Source: an uncultured Actinomycetes bacterium
GTDB lineage: Bacteria > Actinomycetota > Actinomycetes > S36-B12 > UBA10799
Direction: 5' to 3'
Assembly: GCA_946803585.1 (NCBI GenBank)
Contig: CAMPEQ010000010.1
Location: 143,052 to 207,051 of the forward strand
Length of the DNA: 64,000 nucleotides
Below, one piece after another: positions 40,115-49,319 of this stretch (positions within the stretch are counted from its first letter, which is position 1; every line of letters begins with the position of its first letter). The translations under genes were made by a program, and so were the position numbers. The notes under the pieces are model-generated. The model did not search any database. It saw only the letters and a program-made list of their open reading frames with translations, and had not been told where the DNA came from.

Positions 40115-40155
40115 GGTGTTGACTCTAGTCGTTTTCTGGAATGAGTCAAGAAAAG
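40115..40155 (-). promoter_or_regulatory. furA promoter/auto-operator; probable leaderless transcript
   Basis: Minus strand reads TTCTTGACTCATTCCAGAAAACGACTAGAGTCAACACCATG. The -35 is TTGACT, the spacer is 16 nt, the -10 is TAGAGT, and the ATG follows 7 nt later. Closely resembles the mycobacterial pfurA/FurA-box region as I remember it. Confidence 0.5.
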
Positions 40156-40367
40156 GGGTCACCGGAGTGGCGGATTCAGCATTCAGCACCAATCCGAATC
40201 GCCGGGCAATCCGAATCCTCAGTAGGGACAAAGACAAGCTCTGAACTGGTCTGCGGTAAGAATCTCGACGGTGTGGTTCAGATCTTCAGGTTCCTGCCGA
40301 TGTAGTGGATGTAGAAACAGTCGACGGACGAATAAGCACGGCCCGCGCGAGGATGAGGGTGAGCGAG

Positions 40368-40994
40368 ATGAACACGCTGACATCGCTGCTGCGACAGGCA
40401 GCTGACTACGCGTCATCACAACCTCCGCTCACCTCCGGCCCAGATATGTCCCGGTTCGAGAGCCTGCTGACGGCCTGCGATTCACATAATGGCGACGGCG
40501 CCATTGCCTGCACGATTCTGGCCACCACCGGCCCAGCTCTAGACGGCGAACCCACACCAGAATCGACGCTCCGATTCCTGCGAACCGCCACGATCAGCGA
40601 CGCCGATATCTCCACCACGTTTGGTCCTGCTCACGACGTCGTTACCCGCCTGATCCATCAGGCATCAAACTTGACGATCGGAGAGGCTGTCGCATTGTCT
40701 GCGGCATTTGTTGCCGATGAGATGGCATCGGCTAGGGGACGCGCTTGGGCAAAGATCGACCGAGTTGTGTGGAGATCAGTTCGCCGAACCGTTCGTAACG
40801 CGGCCGAGAAGCCAGAGGGGGTGGATCAGCAAACCTGGCACAATGCGCGCGAAGCAATGAGTGACGGTATCTGTGCAGCTGCTGGTCGAGACCTCGTCGA
40901 TCAAGGCGTGTTCAGTCCGCAGGACTACCGGACGATGACCGATCCCTGGCGGACAGTTCTGGGACTCACCCACCTCGACGACGTTGCGGCTTAG
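40368..40994 (+). CDS. hypothetical protein
   Basis: ORF from ATG 40368 (MNTLTSLLRQAADYA...). No motif recognised. Confidence 0.4.
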   Translation: MNTLTSLLRQAADYASSQPPLTSGPDMSRFESLLTACDSHNGDGAIACTILATTGPALDGEPTPESTLRFLRTATISDADISTTFGPAHDVVTRLIHQASNLTIGEAVALSAAFVADEMASARGRAWAKIDRVVWRSVRRTVRNAAEKPEGVDQQTWHNAREAMSDGICAAAGRDLVDQGVFSPQDYRTMTDPWRTVLGLTHLDDVAA

Positions 40995-41142
40995 CGCTAG
41001 CCCGAAGTGCGCTTTGTTACGGCCGAGTTACCTTTGCGCGCTCACCTGTCCACGAAGTGACACAGCTGATCCCTCTACGGCACCATTCAAAGAATCTTGA
41101 GGTTGGCAGATCTCAAGTCTGCCGGCTTCTGAGGATCGCGCC

Positions 41143-42696
41143 ATGGACATCGGGTCATATTTTGACAACGTCATAGATTTCATCAACAGCGTCCTCTGGG
41201 GTAACAGCGATTGGTCTCCCCTGTGGTCTGTTGGACTACTAGGAATCGTCTTGATCGGCGCCGGCATCTACTTCACCGTTCGCCTGCGATTCGTTCAGGT
41301 TCGCCACTTCCCTCACATGTTCAGTGTGGTCAAGCGCAGCTTCAAACCTGACCACGCGGAAGGAGTCTCGTCCTTCCAAGCGTTCGCAACATCCCTGGCG
41401 GCTCGAGTAGGTGCGGGCAACATCGCCGGAGTAGCGCTCGCAATTACCATCGGTGGCCCGGGTGCGGTGTTCTGGATGTGGGTAATCGCGTTCATCGGAA
41501 TGGCAACCGCGATGATCGAGGCGACGCTGGCCCAGGTCTACAAACAGCACGACCTCGAGGACGGCAACCATGTCTACCGCGGTGGCCCTGCCTACTACAT
41601 GCTGCGTGGCCTCAATGCCCGCCGGATGGGGATCGTGTTCTCGGTCTTACTCATCATCGCATTTCCGCTGGTCTTCAACGCCGTTCAAGCCAACACTGTC
41701 GCGGTCACGCTAGAGAACGCGTTTGGTGGAGAGGACGGGAGTAGCTTCGTTCCCCCGGTTGTCATCGGAATCGCGCTCGCGGCGATCGTTGGGGTGATCA
41801 TCCTCGGCGGAGTGAAACGGATCGGCAAAGTAGCCGAACTCGTGGTGCCGATCATGGCAATCGCCTACGTTGGGATCGGGCTTCTGGTCGTCTTCCTCAA
41901 CATCACCGAAGTGCCATCGGTTCTTGGCGACATCGTGCTCAGCGCGTTCGGCAAATCGGAGGTCGCGGGTGGGGTCGCTGGATTCGCGGTGTCCCAGGCA
42001 ATCATTCAGGGAATCAAGCGTGGACTGTTCTCCAATGAGGCCGGTCTCGGATCTGCCCCGAATGCGGCTGCCGCCGCCGACGTCCGGCACCCCGCCAGCC
42101 AGGGATACATCCAGTCCCTCGGGGTCTTCGTCGACACAATCGTGGTCTGCACGACGACCGCGATCATCATTCTCATGGCAGCCCGAACCTCGGGGTCGGG
42201 GGTCTGGGATGGCCTGCCGAGTTCTGTCTACAAGGACGGCGCGGCTCTCACCCAGAACTCACTCGCTGCGTTTGTCGGCGAGTGGGGAAGCTGGTTCATC
42301 GCAATCGCCCTCGTCTTCTTCGCGTTCACCTCGATAGTCGCGAACTACTACTACGGCGAGACCGCCCTGATGTTCTTCAAAGCCGATCACCGCATCCTCA
42401 TCCCACTGAAACTCATCGTCCTAGGCATGGTCATTTGGGGTGCCACTACGGTCGTCGCGACCGTCTGGGATATGGCCGATGCCGCGCTTGGCTCGATGGC
42501 AATCGTGAACCTGGCCGCGATCCTGCTTCTATCGGGCAAGGCAGTTGCTGTCATTCGTCACTACAACGACAACATGGAGCACGGGGAGGAACCCGAGTTC
42601 CTCGCTTCAGACATCCCAGGGCTCGCCGAGCAGCTAGCACCCCATGTCTGGACACCGGCAGACCAGGCGCCAGATGAGGCAGATTCACCGCGATAA
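41143..42696 (+). CDS. alanine/glycine:cation symporter (AGCS) family transporter
   Basis: 517 aa, 10-11 TM helices. FQAFATSLAARVGAGNIAGVA...GLFSNEAGLGSAP are family signatures. Confidence 0.9.
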   Translation: MDIGSYFDNVIDFINSVLWGNSDWSPLWSVGLLGIVLIGAGIYFTVRLRFVQVRHFPHMFSVVKRSFKPDHAEGVSSFQAFATSLAARVGAGNIAGVALAITIGGPGAVFWMWVIAFIGMATAMIEATLAQVYKQHDLEDGNHVYRGGPAYYMLRGLNARRMGIVFSVLLIIAFPLVFNAVQANTVAVTLENAFGGEDGSSFVPPVVIGIALAAIVGVIILGGVKRIGKVAELVVPIMAIAYVGIGLLVVFLNITEVPSVLGDIVLSAFGKSEVAGGVAGFAVSQAIIQGIKRGLFSNEAGLGSAPNAAAAADVRHPASQGYIQSLGVFVDTIVVCTTTAIIILMAARTSGSGVWDGLPSSVYKDGAALTQNSLAAFVGEWGSWFIAIALVFFAFTSIVANYYYGETALMFFKADHRILIPLKLIVLGMVIWGATTVVATVWDMADAALGSMAIVNLAAILLLSGKAVAVIRHYNDNMEHGEEPEFLASDIPGLAEQLAPHVWTPADQAPDEADSPR

Positions 42697-42734
42697 CTAT
42701 CAGCAGGTAGAGTTCGCTCGTCGCCAAGCGGCAA

Positions 42735-42807
42735 GCGTCCATAGCTCAACGGATAGAGCATCTGACTTCGGATCAGAAGGTTTGGGGTTCGAATCCCTAT
42801 GGGCGCG
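42735..42807 (+). tRNA. tRNA-Arg, anticodon UCG by hand fold
   Basis: Cloverleaf: acceptor GCGTCCA/TGGGCGC, D arm GCTC-AACGGATA-GAGC, anticodon arm TCTGA-CTTCGGA-TCAGA, variable loop AGGTT, T arm TGGGG-TTCGAAT-CCCTA, discriminator G. CCA is not encoded. Confidence 0.88.
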
Positions 42808-42919
42808 CTCCGGCACCTAGTGCCCCGGTGGATGGGCCACGCTGGTGAAATCTGGTCGCGACGCGACAACAATTCACCGCTCTGAGCCGGTGGGTCCGCG
42901 CCGAACCGACAGTCGGGAC

Positions 42920-43468
42920 TTAGTGCTCGCGGAGGGCCTTGATTAGTTCCGTCTTCTCCATTTTTGAGCGTCCTTTGATACCTAGCGCTCTGCCACGCTT
43001 GCGGAGTCCCTTTTTGGTCCATTTCTCGTAGTTGGGAGATTTTCCGCGTAGCGATCGTGGACCGAGCAACCATTGGACTCCAGCTCGACAACTCACCCGG
43101 AGCTCGGCTGCGGGCGAAAGACGCACGATCGGCCATCCTCGCGCAAGCAGTCTCTTCGCGACGTACCTCACCGCCGGACCCCTAATGCCCCGGAGCCGAT
43201 AGGTCGCGATGTCGTGGCCATCAGACTTCGGCACAATCCGAATACCTGTCAGCGCGCCACGGTAGATCACCGAAACCTTCGCGCGGCTGACCACGATGTC
43301 AGGCCCGATAAAGCAGGGAGATCGCAAGCGAATGTGGTCGTTATCGAGGGTGACTTCAATTGCTCCCATCCCGAATGTCTGCATCCCTGCGATACCACCG
43401 TCGGTGTGGAATGTTTCAGCATCATCACTGAACACATACGGATCAAGCCCGCGTTCCCAGGACGACAC
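42920..43468 (-). CDS. hypothetical protein with Rho-N/DUF7218-like C-terminal tail
   Basis: GTG-start 182-aa ORF. The last ~42 aa (GKSPNYEKWTKKGLRKRGRALGIKGRSKMEKTELIKALREH) look like the C-terminus of small Rho_N-type proteins. The N-terminal 140 aa are unassigned. Confidence 0.4.
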   Translation of the reverse strand: MSSWERGLDPYVFSDDAETFHTDGGIAGMQTFGMGAIEVTLDNDHIRLRSPCFIGPDIVVSRAKVSVIYRGALTGIRIVPKSDGHDIATYRLRGIRGPAVRYVAKRLLARGWPIVRLSPAAELRVSCRAGVQWLLGPRSLRGKSPNYEKWTKKGLRKRGRALGIKGRSKMEKTELIKALREH

Positions 43469-43559
43469 CTGAGGACCCTACCAACGAGAGTGGAAAATGC
43501 GGGCCCCGACGAAACTGCTCTCCCCACGGCGTCTTGGAACGAACGCTCGCTGCAGCGTT

Positions 43560-44282
43560 TCAGTTCCACTTTTCGTCGGCCAGCGGTGCGCCATTGAGCT
43601 GATCACGCCTCGCACGCCAGTCGGGCATGAAGCTGTCCATCAAGGCAGTGAACCGTTCCCCGTGGCTACGTTCCAGCAGGTGCGTCATCTCGTGGACCAC
43701 GATGTACTCCAGGCAGTCTGGGTGCTTCTTCGCAAGTTCGAGGTTGAACCAGATGTGACCGGTTTCGCGGTTACACGATCCCCACTTGGTTTTCATTTTC
43801 CGGATGCTCCAGCGCGGCACCGTCCGTCCGATCATCGGCTCCCACGATGACACGGATCCGGGAATCCGTTCTCTTAGTTGCTGGCGCTGCCACTGTTCCA
43901 AGGCAGCCGCACGAACTCCTCGTTCGGCCCCTTCCGGGACGTAGAGCAGCAAACGATCCGAGTCGACTTCGACGTGGACTCGACCGGGCCTTTCCACAAC
44001 CTTGAGACGCATTCGGACGCCCCATACATAGTGGGACTCCCCCGTGACCATTTCTCGTTCGGATTGGCGCTCCGCGGATTGAAGTTGATGCTGCTGCTTC
44101 TTTATCCAGCTCAAGCGCTGCACGACGGCCAGGCGTACCGCGTCGTCATCGAGTTTGAGCGGGGCCGCGATCCGCACCCTTCCCAACGGCGGATAAACGC
44201 CGATGTGAAGGTTTTTGATGTCCTTGTAGACGACATCGACGTCGATCCCGCCGACGGTCAGGTACGAGCTAGTTGTATTCAC
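43560..44282 (-). CDS. M48-like metal-dependent hydrolase (DUF45/YgjP family)
   Basis: HEMTHLLERSHGERF (HExxH) near the C-terminus, with a family-typical N-terminus. The GTG start lies 14 nt inside the end of hsdR. Confidence 0.85.
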   Translation of the reverse strand: MNTTSSYLTVGGIDVDVVYKDIKNLHIGVYPPLGRVRIAAPLKLDDDAVRLAVVQRLSWIKKQQHQLQSAERQSEREMVTGESHYVWGVRMRLKVVERPGRVHVEVDSDRLLLYVPEGAERGVRAAALEQWQRQQLRERIPGSVSSWEPMIGRTVPRWSIRKMKTKWGSCNRETGHIWFNLELAKKHPDCLEYIVVHEMTHLLERSHGERFTALMDSFMPDWRARRDQLNGAPLADEKWN

Positions 44283-47200
44283 GTCGCGTCTTCACAAGCT
44301 CAAATAGTTCATCCAGTCGATCGTCATCCTCCGGTAGCGCGGCCTTGATGGCCAGTTTCACCTTCTTCTCCTTGATGGGGTTTCCCACCCAGGAGTCAGG
44401 CTTGGTATGTCGGACAACTGCATCAACTTCGATCGCTAGTTCGGTCGACGGCCAGAAATAGTCGACCAGAGCTTTGCGAGCGCCGTTGTTTACCCACTCG
44501 GGATACTCGGTATCCGAATCGCCCTTGCTGAGTTTCGCTGCTTGTTCCATGAGCTTGGCAAGGAACGCCTCGTAGTCCAGCGCACCCTTTCGACGATCTT
44601 CAAGGATTGCATCGAGCAGTTCCGACATCTTGTCGTAGTACTTCGGGTTCATCGCACGTTCATCGACGATCACTTTGCGCATGTTGTTGGCGATTGTCTC
44701 GGCAACCGCTTTGGGATCCTTCTTGACTCCGGGCGGCAGCTTGTCGATGGCTCGTGGACCAAGCTTCCCGATCAGGTCAATCAATCCAGCTTCCTTGAAC
44801 TCAGCGACAACCTTGGACGGTTCGGCGCTGATGTAGGTGTCAAGTAACCGTCGCATCCCCGCCTCGTACTGCTTGAAGTCGACGTCTTCACCTGCACCAA
44901 GTCTGACTTCGTCACGCACATGCGCGAAGTGGGTGACCTCGGCCTTGATCGCAGCCGCCTGCGCGTCGGTGTACCCGGCGTCGGCCATCTCGTTAGCCAC
45001 GTTGGCGTAACAGCGCGTTAGTGCGGCCACGGATTTGTAGAGCTCAACTCGCTTGGGTTCGTTCGCTTTGAGTTGAGCCGCGTTCCCGGGGTCCACACAG
45101 CAGAAGTACTGCTGGTACTGCAACGTGTTCTTCGGTGGCTCGACCAATTCGCACAGTGCCCGGATCGCCTCAAGCGCCTCGTCGAGATCCTGGCGAGCTG
45201 TCTCGATCCGATCCGCGAGTAAGCCCTCGATATCGGCTCGTTCATAGCCGTCCAGCGCCCCACTCGTGTAGTCGGTAATCGCGCCCTTGAGCGAGTTGAA
45301 GAGATCCTGGTAGTCGACGATGTAGCCGTAGTCTTTGTCGTCGCCGTCCAGTCGGTTAACCCGGCAAATCGCCTGAAAGAGCCCGTGATCTTGCATCTTC
45401 TTGTCGATGTACAAGTAGGTCGCTGACGGCGCATCGAAGCCCGTCAGCAGCTTGTCCACGACAATCAGCAGACGCATCTGGCCGGGCTCGTTGATGAAAC
45501 GTTCTTTGACCTCGCGCTCGAACTGTTCGACTTTGCCGACTGCAGAGTCTGCTGGCTCATCGAAGTGCTCGGCCAGCATCCGCCGGTAGATCTCATACTG
45601 CCGAAGGACCTCAGTGGCACCTTCGCCCGAATCCTCTTTCGAGACGTCTCCTGGCGCAGGCTGGTAGCTCGTGACGATGGCGCACTTGCCCTGGAACCCT
45701 GCCTGGCAGAACAACTCGTAGAACTTGCACGCCTGATAGATGCTGCCACTAACGAGCATCGCGTTGCCACGGCCGTCGATCAGGCGGGGTTTGGTCTCCA
45801 TATCTAGCAGGATGTCGTCGACAATCTGACGTGCTCGTGGCTCTGCACTGACAACCTTCTGGATCGTGCCCCACCGCTTCTTTAACTCCGCACGCGACAG
45901 GTCCGTCATTCCCTTGGTCTTAACGTCGAACCATTGGTCAACCTTGGCCGAAGACGTGAGGTCTTGATTAATGCTGCGCGCTTCGTACCGCAGATCGAGC
46001 ACGACCCCGTCGCTAACGGCCTCGTCGTACTTGTAGGTGTGGATGAAGCTACCGAACGTCTCGATACTTGTGGCCTTGTCGGCTTTGAGGAGCGGTGTTC
46101 CGGTGAAGCCAATGAACATCGCGCCAGGCAGTAGCTGCGCCATGGCGTCGTGCATCTTTCCTGATTGCGTTCGGTGCGCTTCGTCAACGAATACGTAGAA
46201 GTTGCCCTTGGCTTTGAAGTCGCTGGGGATGCGCGCGTTGAGGTCGCGAATGAAGTCAGTCGCATCTGCGTCGGAGTCGGAATCCCCCGCGGTGCCGAAC
46301 TTGTGGATCAGTGAGCAGATCAGCCGCTCCTGCGAGGTGTTCAGCGTTGCGACGAGGTCCGCGCCACTGGTCGTCCGATGGATCGCCTCGTTGACCCCGC
46401 CGAACACTCCTTCAATCTGCTGATCGAGTTCGGTGCGGTCGGTGATGAGCAAGACGCGAGCCTGCGGATCATGCGCAAGAATCCACTTGGCCAGCCACAC
46501 CATCGTCAGCGATTTGCCGGACCCTTGGGTGTGCCAGATGATTCCGCCCTCACACTTGGCCACGCGGGCTTGCGCCGCTTTGACACCGAAGTACTGGTTG
46601 TGACGGCAGGTCTTCCTCGTGCCTGAGTCGAACACGATGAAGTCGTGAACGATTTCCAGTAACCGGGTCTTGTCGCAAAGTTGGGCGATGGATCGGTCGA
46701 GAGGTTCGGCGATGTCGGAGTCTTCCCGCCAGTTCAACCAGTACCGCTCGGGAGTCTCAATCGTGCCGTACCGCAACCCCTCGACATCGTTGCCGGCCAT
46801 GACGAGTTGGACCGTGGTGAAGAACTGCCGAATGAAGTCCGGGCGCTGGTTGCCGATGGATTGCCGGATGCCCTCAGAGACGGCGACTTTGGACCGTTTG
46901 AGTTCGATCGTGACAAACGCGATGCCGTTGACGTAGAGCACGAGATCAGGGCGCTTCGTGTGCTGACCATCGACGGTGACTTCCTCGGACACGGCAAAGT
47001 CGTTGACCTCGGGATTCTCCCAGTCGATCAACCAGACCGTCTCCGTTTGCTCGCCGAGCCCTGGGCGCACCTTGACCCCGTACCGCAGCAGCCCGTAGAC
47101 GTCCTTGTTCGCCTCGTACAAGTCACGTCCACCGCCGAGCGATGCGTCGCTCTTGAGCTTGTCGACTGCCTTATTGATCAGTACCTCGTCGTATCCGCGT

Positions 47201-47352
47201 GCTCGAAGATTCGCGCTGAGCAACTCGACTTCGATGTTGGAGTTTCCTTGGCGGTGCTCCCAGTTGCCAAGGTTGGTGTATCCGAGGCTCTTGTTGAGAA
47301 TCGCGACGACGCGATTCTGCGTCTCGCGCTCCACCTGCCCGACGTCACTCAT
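44269..47352 (-). CDS. hsdR: Type I restriction endonuclease subunit R
   Basis: 1027 aa. N-terminal nuclease region (PDLVLYVNGIAFVTIELK), SF2 helicase motifs (HTQGSGKS, FVDEAHR, TGTP) and a DUF3387-like C-terminus. The track ORF over-extends to 47502. Confidence 0.95.
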   Translation of the reverse strand: MSDVGQVERETQNRVVAILNKSLGYTNLGNWEHRQGNSNIEVELLSANLRARGYDEVLINKAVDKLKSDASLGGGRDLYEANKDVYGLLRYGVKVRPGLGEQTETVWLIDWENPEVNDFAVSEEVTVDGQHTKRPDLVLYVNGIAFVTIELKRSKVAVSEGIRQSIGNQRPDFIRQFFTTVQLVMAGNDVEGLRYGTIETPERYWLNWREDSDIAEPLDRSIAQLCDKTRLLEIVHDFIVFDSGTRKTCRHNQYFGVKAAQARVAKCEGGIIWHTQGSGKSLTMVWLAKWILAHDPQARVLLITDRTELDQQIEGVFGGVNEAIHRTTSGADLVATLNTSQERLICSLIHKFGTAGDSDSDADATDFIRDLNARIPSDFKAKGNFYVFVDEAHRTQSGKMHDAMAQLLPGAMFIGFTGTPLLKADKATSIETFGSFIHTYKYDEAVSDGVVLDLRYEARSINQDLTSSAKVDQWFDVKTKGMTDLSRAELKKRWGTIQKVVSAEPRARQIVDDILLDMETKPRLIDGRGNAMLVSGSIYQACKFYELFCQAGFQGKCAIVTSYQPAPGDVSKEDSGEGATEVLRQYEIYRRMLAEHFDEPADSAVGKVEQFEREVKERFINEPGQMRLLIVVDKLLTGFDAPSATYLYIDKKMQDHGLFQAICRVNRLDGDDKDYGYIVDYQDLFNSLKGAITDYTSGALDGYERADIEGLLADRIETARQDLDEALEAIRALCELVEPPKNTLQYQQYFCCVDPGNAAQLKANEPKRVELYKSVAALTRCYANVANEMADAGYTDAQAAAIKAEVTHFAHVRDEVRLGAGEDVDFKQYEAGMRRLLDTYISAEPSKVVAEFKEAGLIDLIGKLGPRAIDKLPPGVKKDPKAVAETIANNMRKVIVDERAMNPKYYDKMSELLDAILEDRRKGALDYEAFLAKLMEQAAKLSKGDSDTEYPEWVNNGARKALVDYFWPSTELAIEVDAVVRHTKPDSWVGNPIKEKKVKLAIKAALPEDDDRLDELFELVKTRREYN

Positions 47353-48373
47353 TGCCGTCCTCATTCCCCTCGACGCCAAGCTCACGGGCTCGTTGCACGA
47401 ATCTGTCGAAGTCCGAGTCCGTTGCTGCGCTCGTAACCGAGAACTGCTCGTACTCCGCCTTCGCATGGGCGTCAGCAAGCTGCGCCGAAACTCTTCCGGC
47501 ACTCGTCAGGATGTCACGATCATTGAGGGCAAGAAACCCGTCGAGTTTTGACAACCAATCGCCCATACGCATAGGAATCCGACGTCGCGCTTGACCTTCG
47601 GCAAAGACGAGATACTGCTCGACCAGGTTATTCAGCGCAGCGAGTTCTTCCGCTGCGTAGTAGTTCTTTGCGACCGCGACGTCCGCACTACGGGGGTGAA
47701 CTCCCCGCCAACTGGTCAGCCCCATATTCGGCTTTGTGGCGTCTGCGCGATCGTGAACGATCTCTGCCGCTGTCTGACCGGTGATTGCCCAGTGCAGTTT
47801 GTTCTGGACAGTCGCGAAGAACGTTTGAGTCACCTGCGCGGATGCGTCGTAGTCCACCGACGTCGCATAGACATCGGTGATTTTTTGGTAGAAGCGCCGC
47901 TCGCTAGTACGAATCGCTTGAATACGTTCGAGTAGTTCCTCGAAGTAGTCGAACGGCACGTCGGGATTCGCCAACCGCTCATCGTCGAGGACGAATCCTC
48001 TCACGATCAGCTCTCGCAGATTCGTGGTTGCCCAGATCCGGAATTGCGTCGCGGTCTTGCTGCGCACCCGGTAGCCCACCGAAATAATCATGTCGAGGTT
48101 GTAATGCGTGATGCTGCGATTGACCTGCCGCGAGCCCTCTTGGCGAACTGTTCGGAAATCCCGAACAGTTGCCCCGGCCGCCAGTTCCCCGTCGGCAAGA
48201 ACGTTGCTGATGTGCTCGCTGATGTTTGCTTTGGACGAATCAAAGAGCGCTACAAGTTGCTCCTGACTCAGCCAGACAGTCTCACCATCAAAACGGACCT
48301 CAAGGTGCACCTTGCCAGCCTCGTCAGCGTAGACGAGGAACTGGCTCGGATTGGCCGGTTCGAGGTCAGTCAT
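47345..48373 (-). CDS. RhuM family protein (virulence-protein RhuM-like), embedded in the R-M operon
   Basis: 342 aa. VRDFRTVRQEGSRQVNRSITHYNLDMIISVGYRVRSKTATQFRIWAT and RRFYQKITDVYATSVDY are characteristic RhuM segments. There are 8-nt overlaps at both ends. Confidence 0.85.
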   Translation of the reverse strand: MTDLEPANPSQFLVYADEAGKVHLEVRFDGETVWLSQEQLVALFDSSKANISEHISNVLADGELAAGATVRDFRTVRQEGSRQVNRSITHYNLDMIISVGYRVRSKTATQFRIWATTNLRELIVRGFVLDDERLANPDVPFDYFEELLERIQAIRTSERRFYQKITDVYATSVDYDASAQVTQTFFATVQNKLHWAITGQTAAEIVHDRADATKPNMGLTSWRGVHPRSADVAVAKNYYAAEELAALNNLVEQYLVFAEGQARRRIPMRMGDWLSKLDGFLALNDRDILTSAGRVSAQLADAHAKAEYEQFSVTSAATDSDFDRFVQRARELGVEGNEDGNE

Positions 48374-49319
48374 CGATCTGCTCCATTGGAACATCCTCGA
48401 CGCCCCGGTTCTGCCAATGTCCATACGTCTCGCCGGTTCCGACGATCTGCCACTGAACGCGCCCATTACATGAGCGTCCGGACACCACCGCCCCTGCCGC
48501 GGACGGAGACGCGAACGGGACATCTCGCGTGAAATGTGCCGCGCCGGTCTCGTCGACCGCGATCGATCCGTCCGCCAGTAGTTGCTCATGGAGGACTTTG
48601 TAGCCGTGACTCGAACTGACCCATTCGGGTCGGGCGCCCGACCCAGTCATAACGGTGAAGTCTCCATCGACTTCTTGGGCCGTCGCTGTGATGTCGAATC
48701 TTCCGAGCCGAAGCTCAAACAGTGGTGAAACGCCGGTCCCAGAAAGCGCATTCTGATTCGAGGTTGCGTCAGCGGAACCCACCCTGGAAGTCAACGAACT
48801 TGACCGGAACATGTTGAGTCCAAGCACCGGGAGCACGATGAGGGACTGCGAGATGAAGTACTCCATGTCCGAGACGTCGGCCTCGGGCAGCCGGGGCAGT
48901 GGCGGTGCAGTCGCGTTGTCGAGCTTCGCTCGGCCGGCTGCTTTGGCCAGGGAGATCAGCCGGGACTCCACATAGCGAACATGCGACTTGGTGAGATTCG
49001 CATCCTTCGAGGAGAGGACAAGTGCTCGGTTCCAGAAGTCTTTGCCACCTGCTTCGGGCTGTCGAGCGTGCATCTTGAGACGTCTCTGGACATCGTCGCC
49101 CTCACCCACGTAGACGATCGTTCCCCCGAGTTGCTCGGGGTCATCACCGATCAGGATGTAGACCCCTGTGCCGGTCGTCTCCTCACGCTTGAGTAACTCT
49201 GCAAGCAGTGAACGCGGCGCTGCGACGACAGTGCCCGTCCAGTTCATGATTTCCGCGGTCAAAAGACCACCAGAGGTTCCATCCACGAGGAACAGCCGCA
49301 CTGACCTTCCATCACTCAT
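48366..49319 (-). CDS. GIY-YIG nuclease-like N-terminal domain / DUF4357-like C-terminal domain protein, embedded in the R-M operon
   Basis: GVYILIG...IVYVGEGDDVQRRLKMH (GIY...YIG...R pattern), then ...E at VESRLI. The C-terminus FASPSAAGAVVSGRSCNGRVQW matches my recollection of DUF4357. Confidence 0.75.
   Translation of the reverse strand: MSDGRSVRLFLVDGTSGGLLTAEIMNWTGTVVAAPRSLLAELLKREETTGTGVYILIGDDPEQLGGTIVYVGEGDDVQRRLKMHARQPEAGGKDFWNRALVLSSKDANLTKSHVRYVESRLISLAKAAGRAKLDNATAPPLPRLPEADVSDMEYFISQSLIVLPVLGLNMFRSSSLTSRVGSADATSNQNALSGTGVSPLFELRLGRFDITATAQEVDGDFTVMTGSGARPEWVSSSHGYKVLHEQLLADGSIAVDETGAAHFTRDVPFASPSAAGAVVSGRSCNGRVQWQIVGTGETYGHWQNRGVEDVPMEQIDD

Noticed and set aside
46681-47436. 251-aa plus-strand ORF inside hsdR
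   Set aside because: It is antisense to a strongly supported hsdR, with no RBS or recognisable domain.
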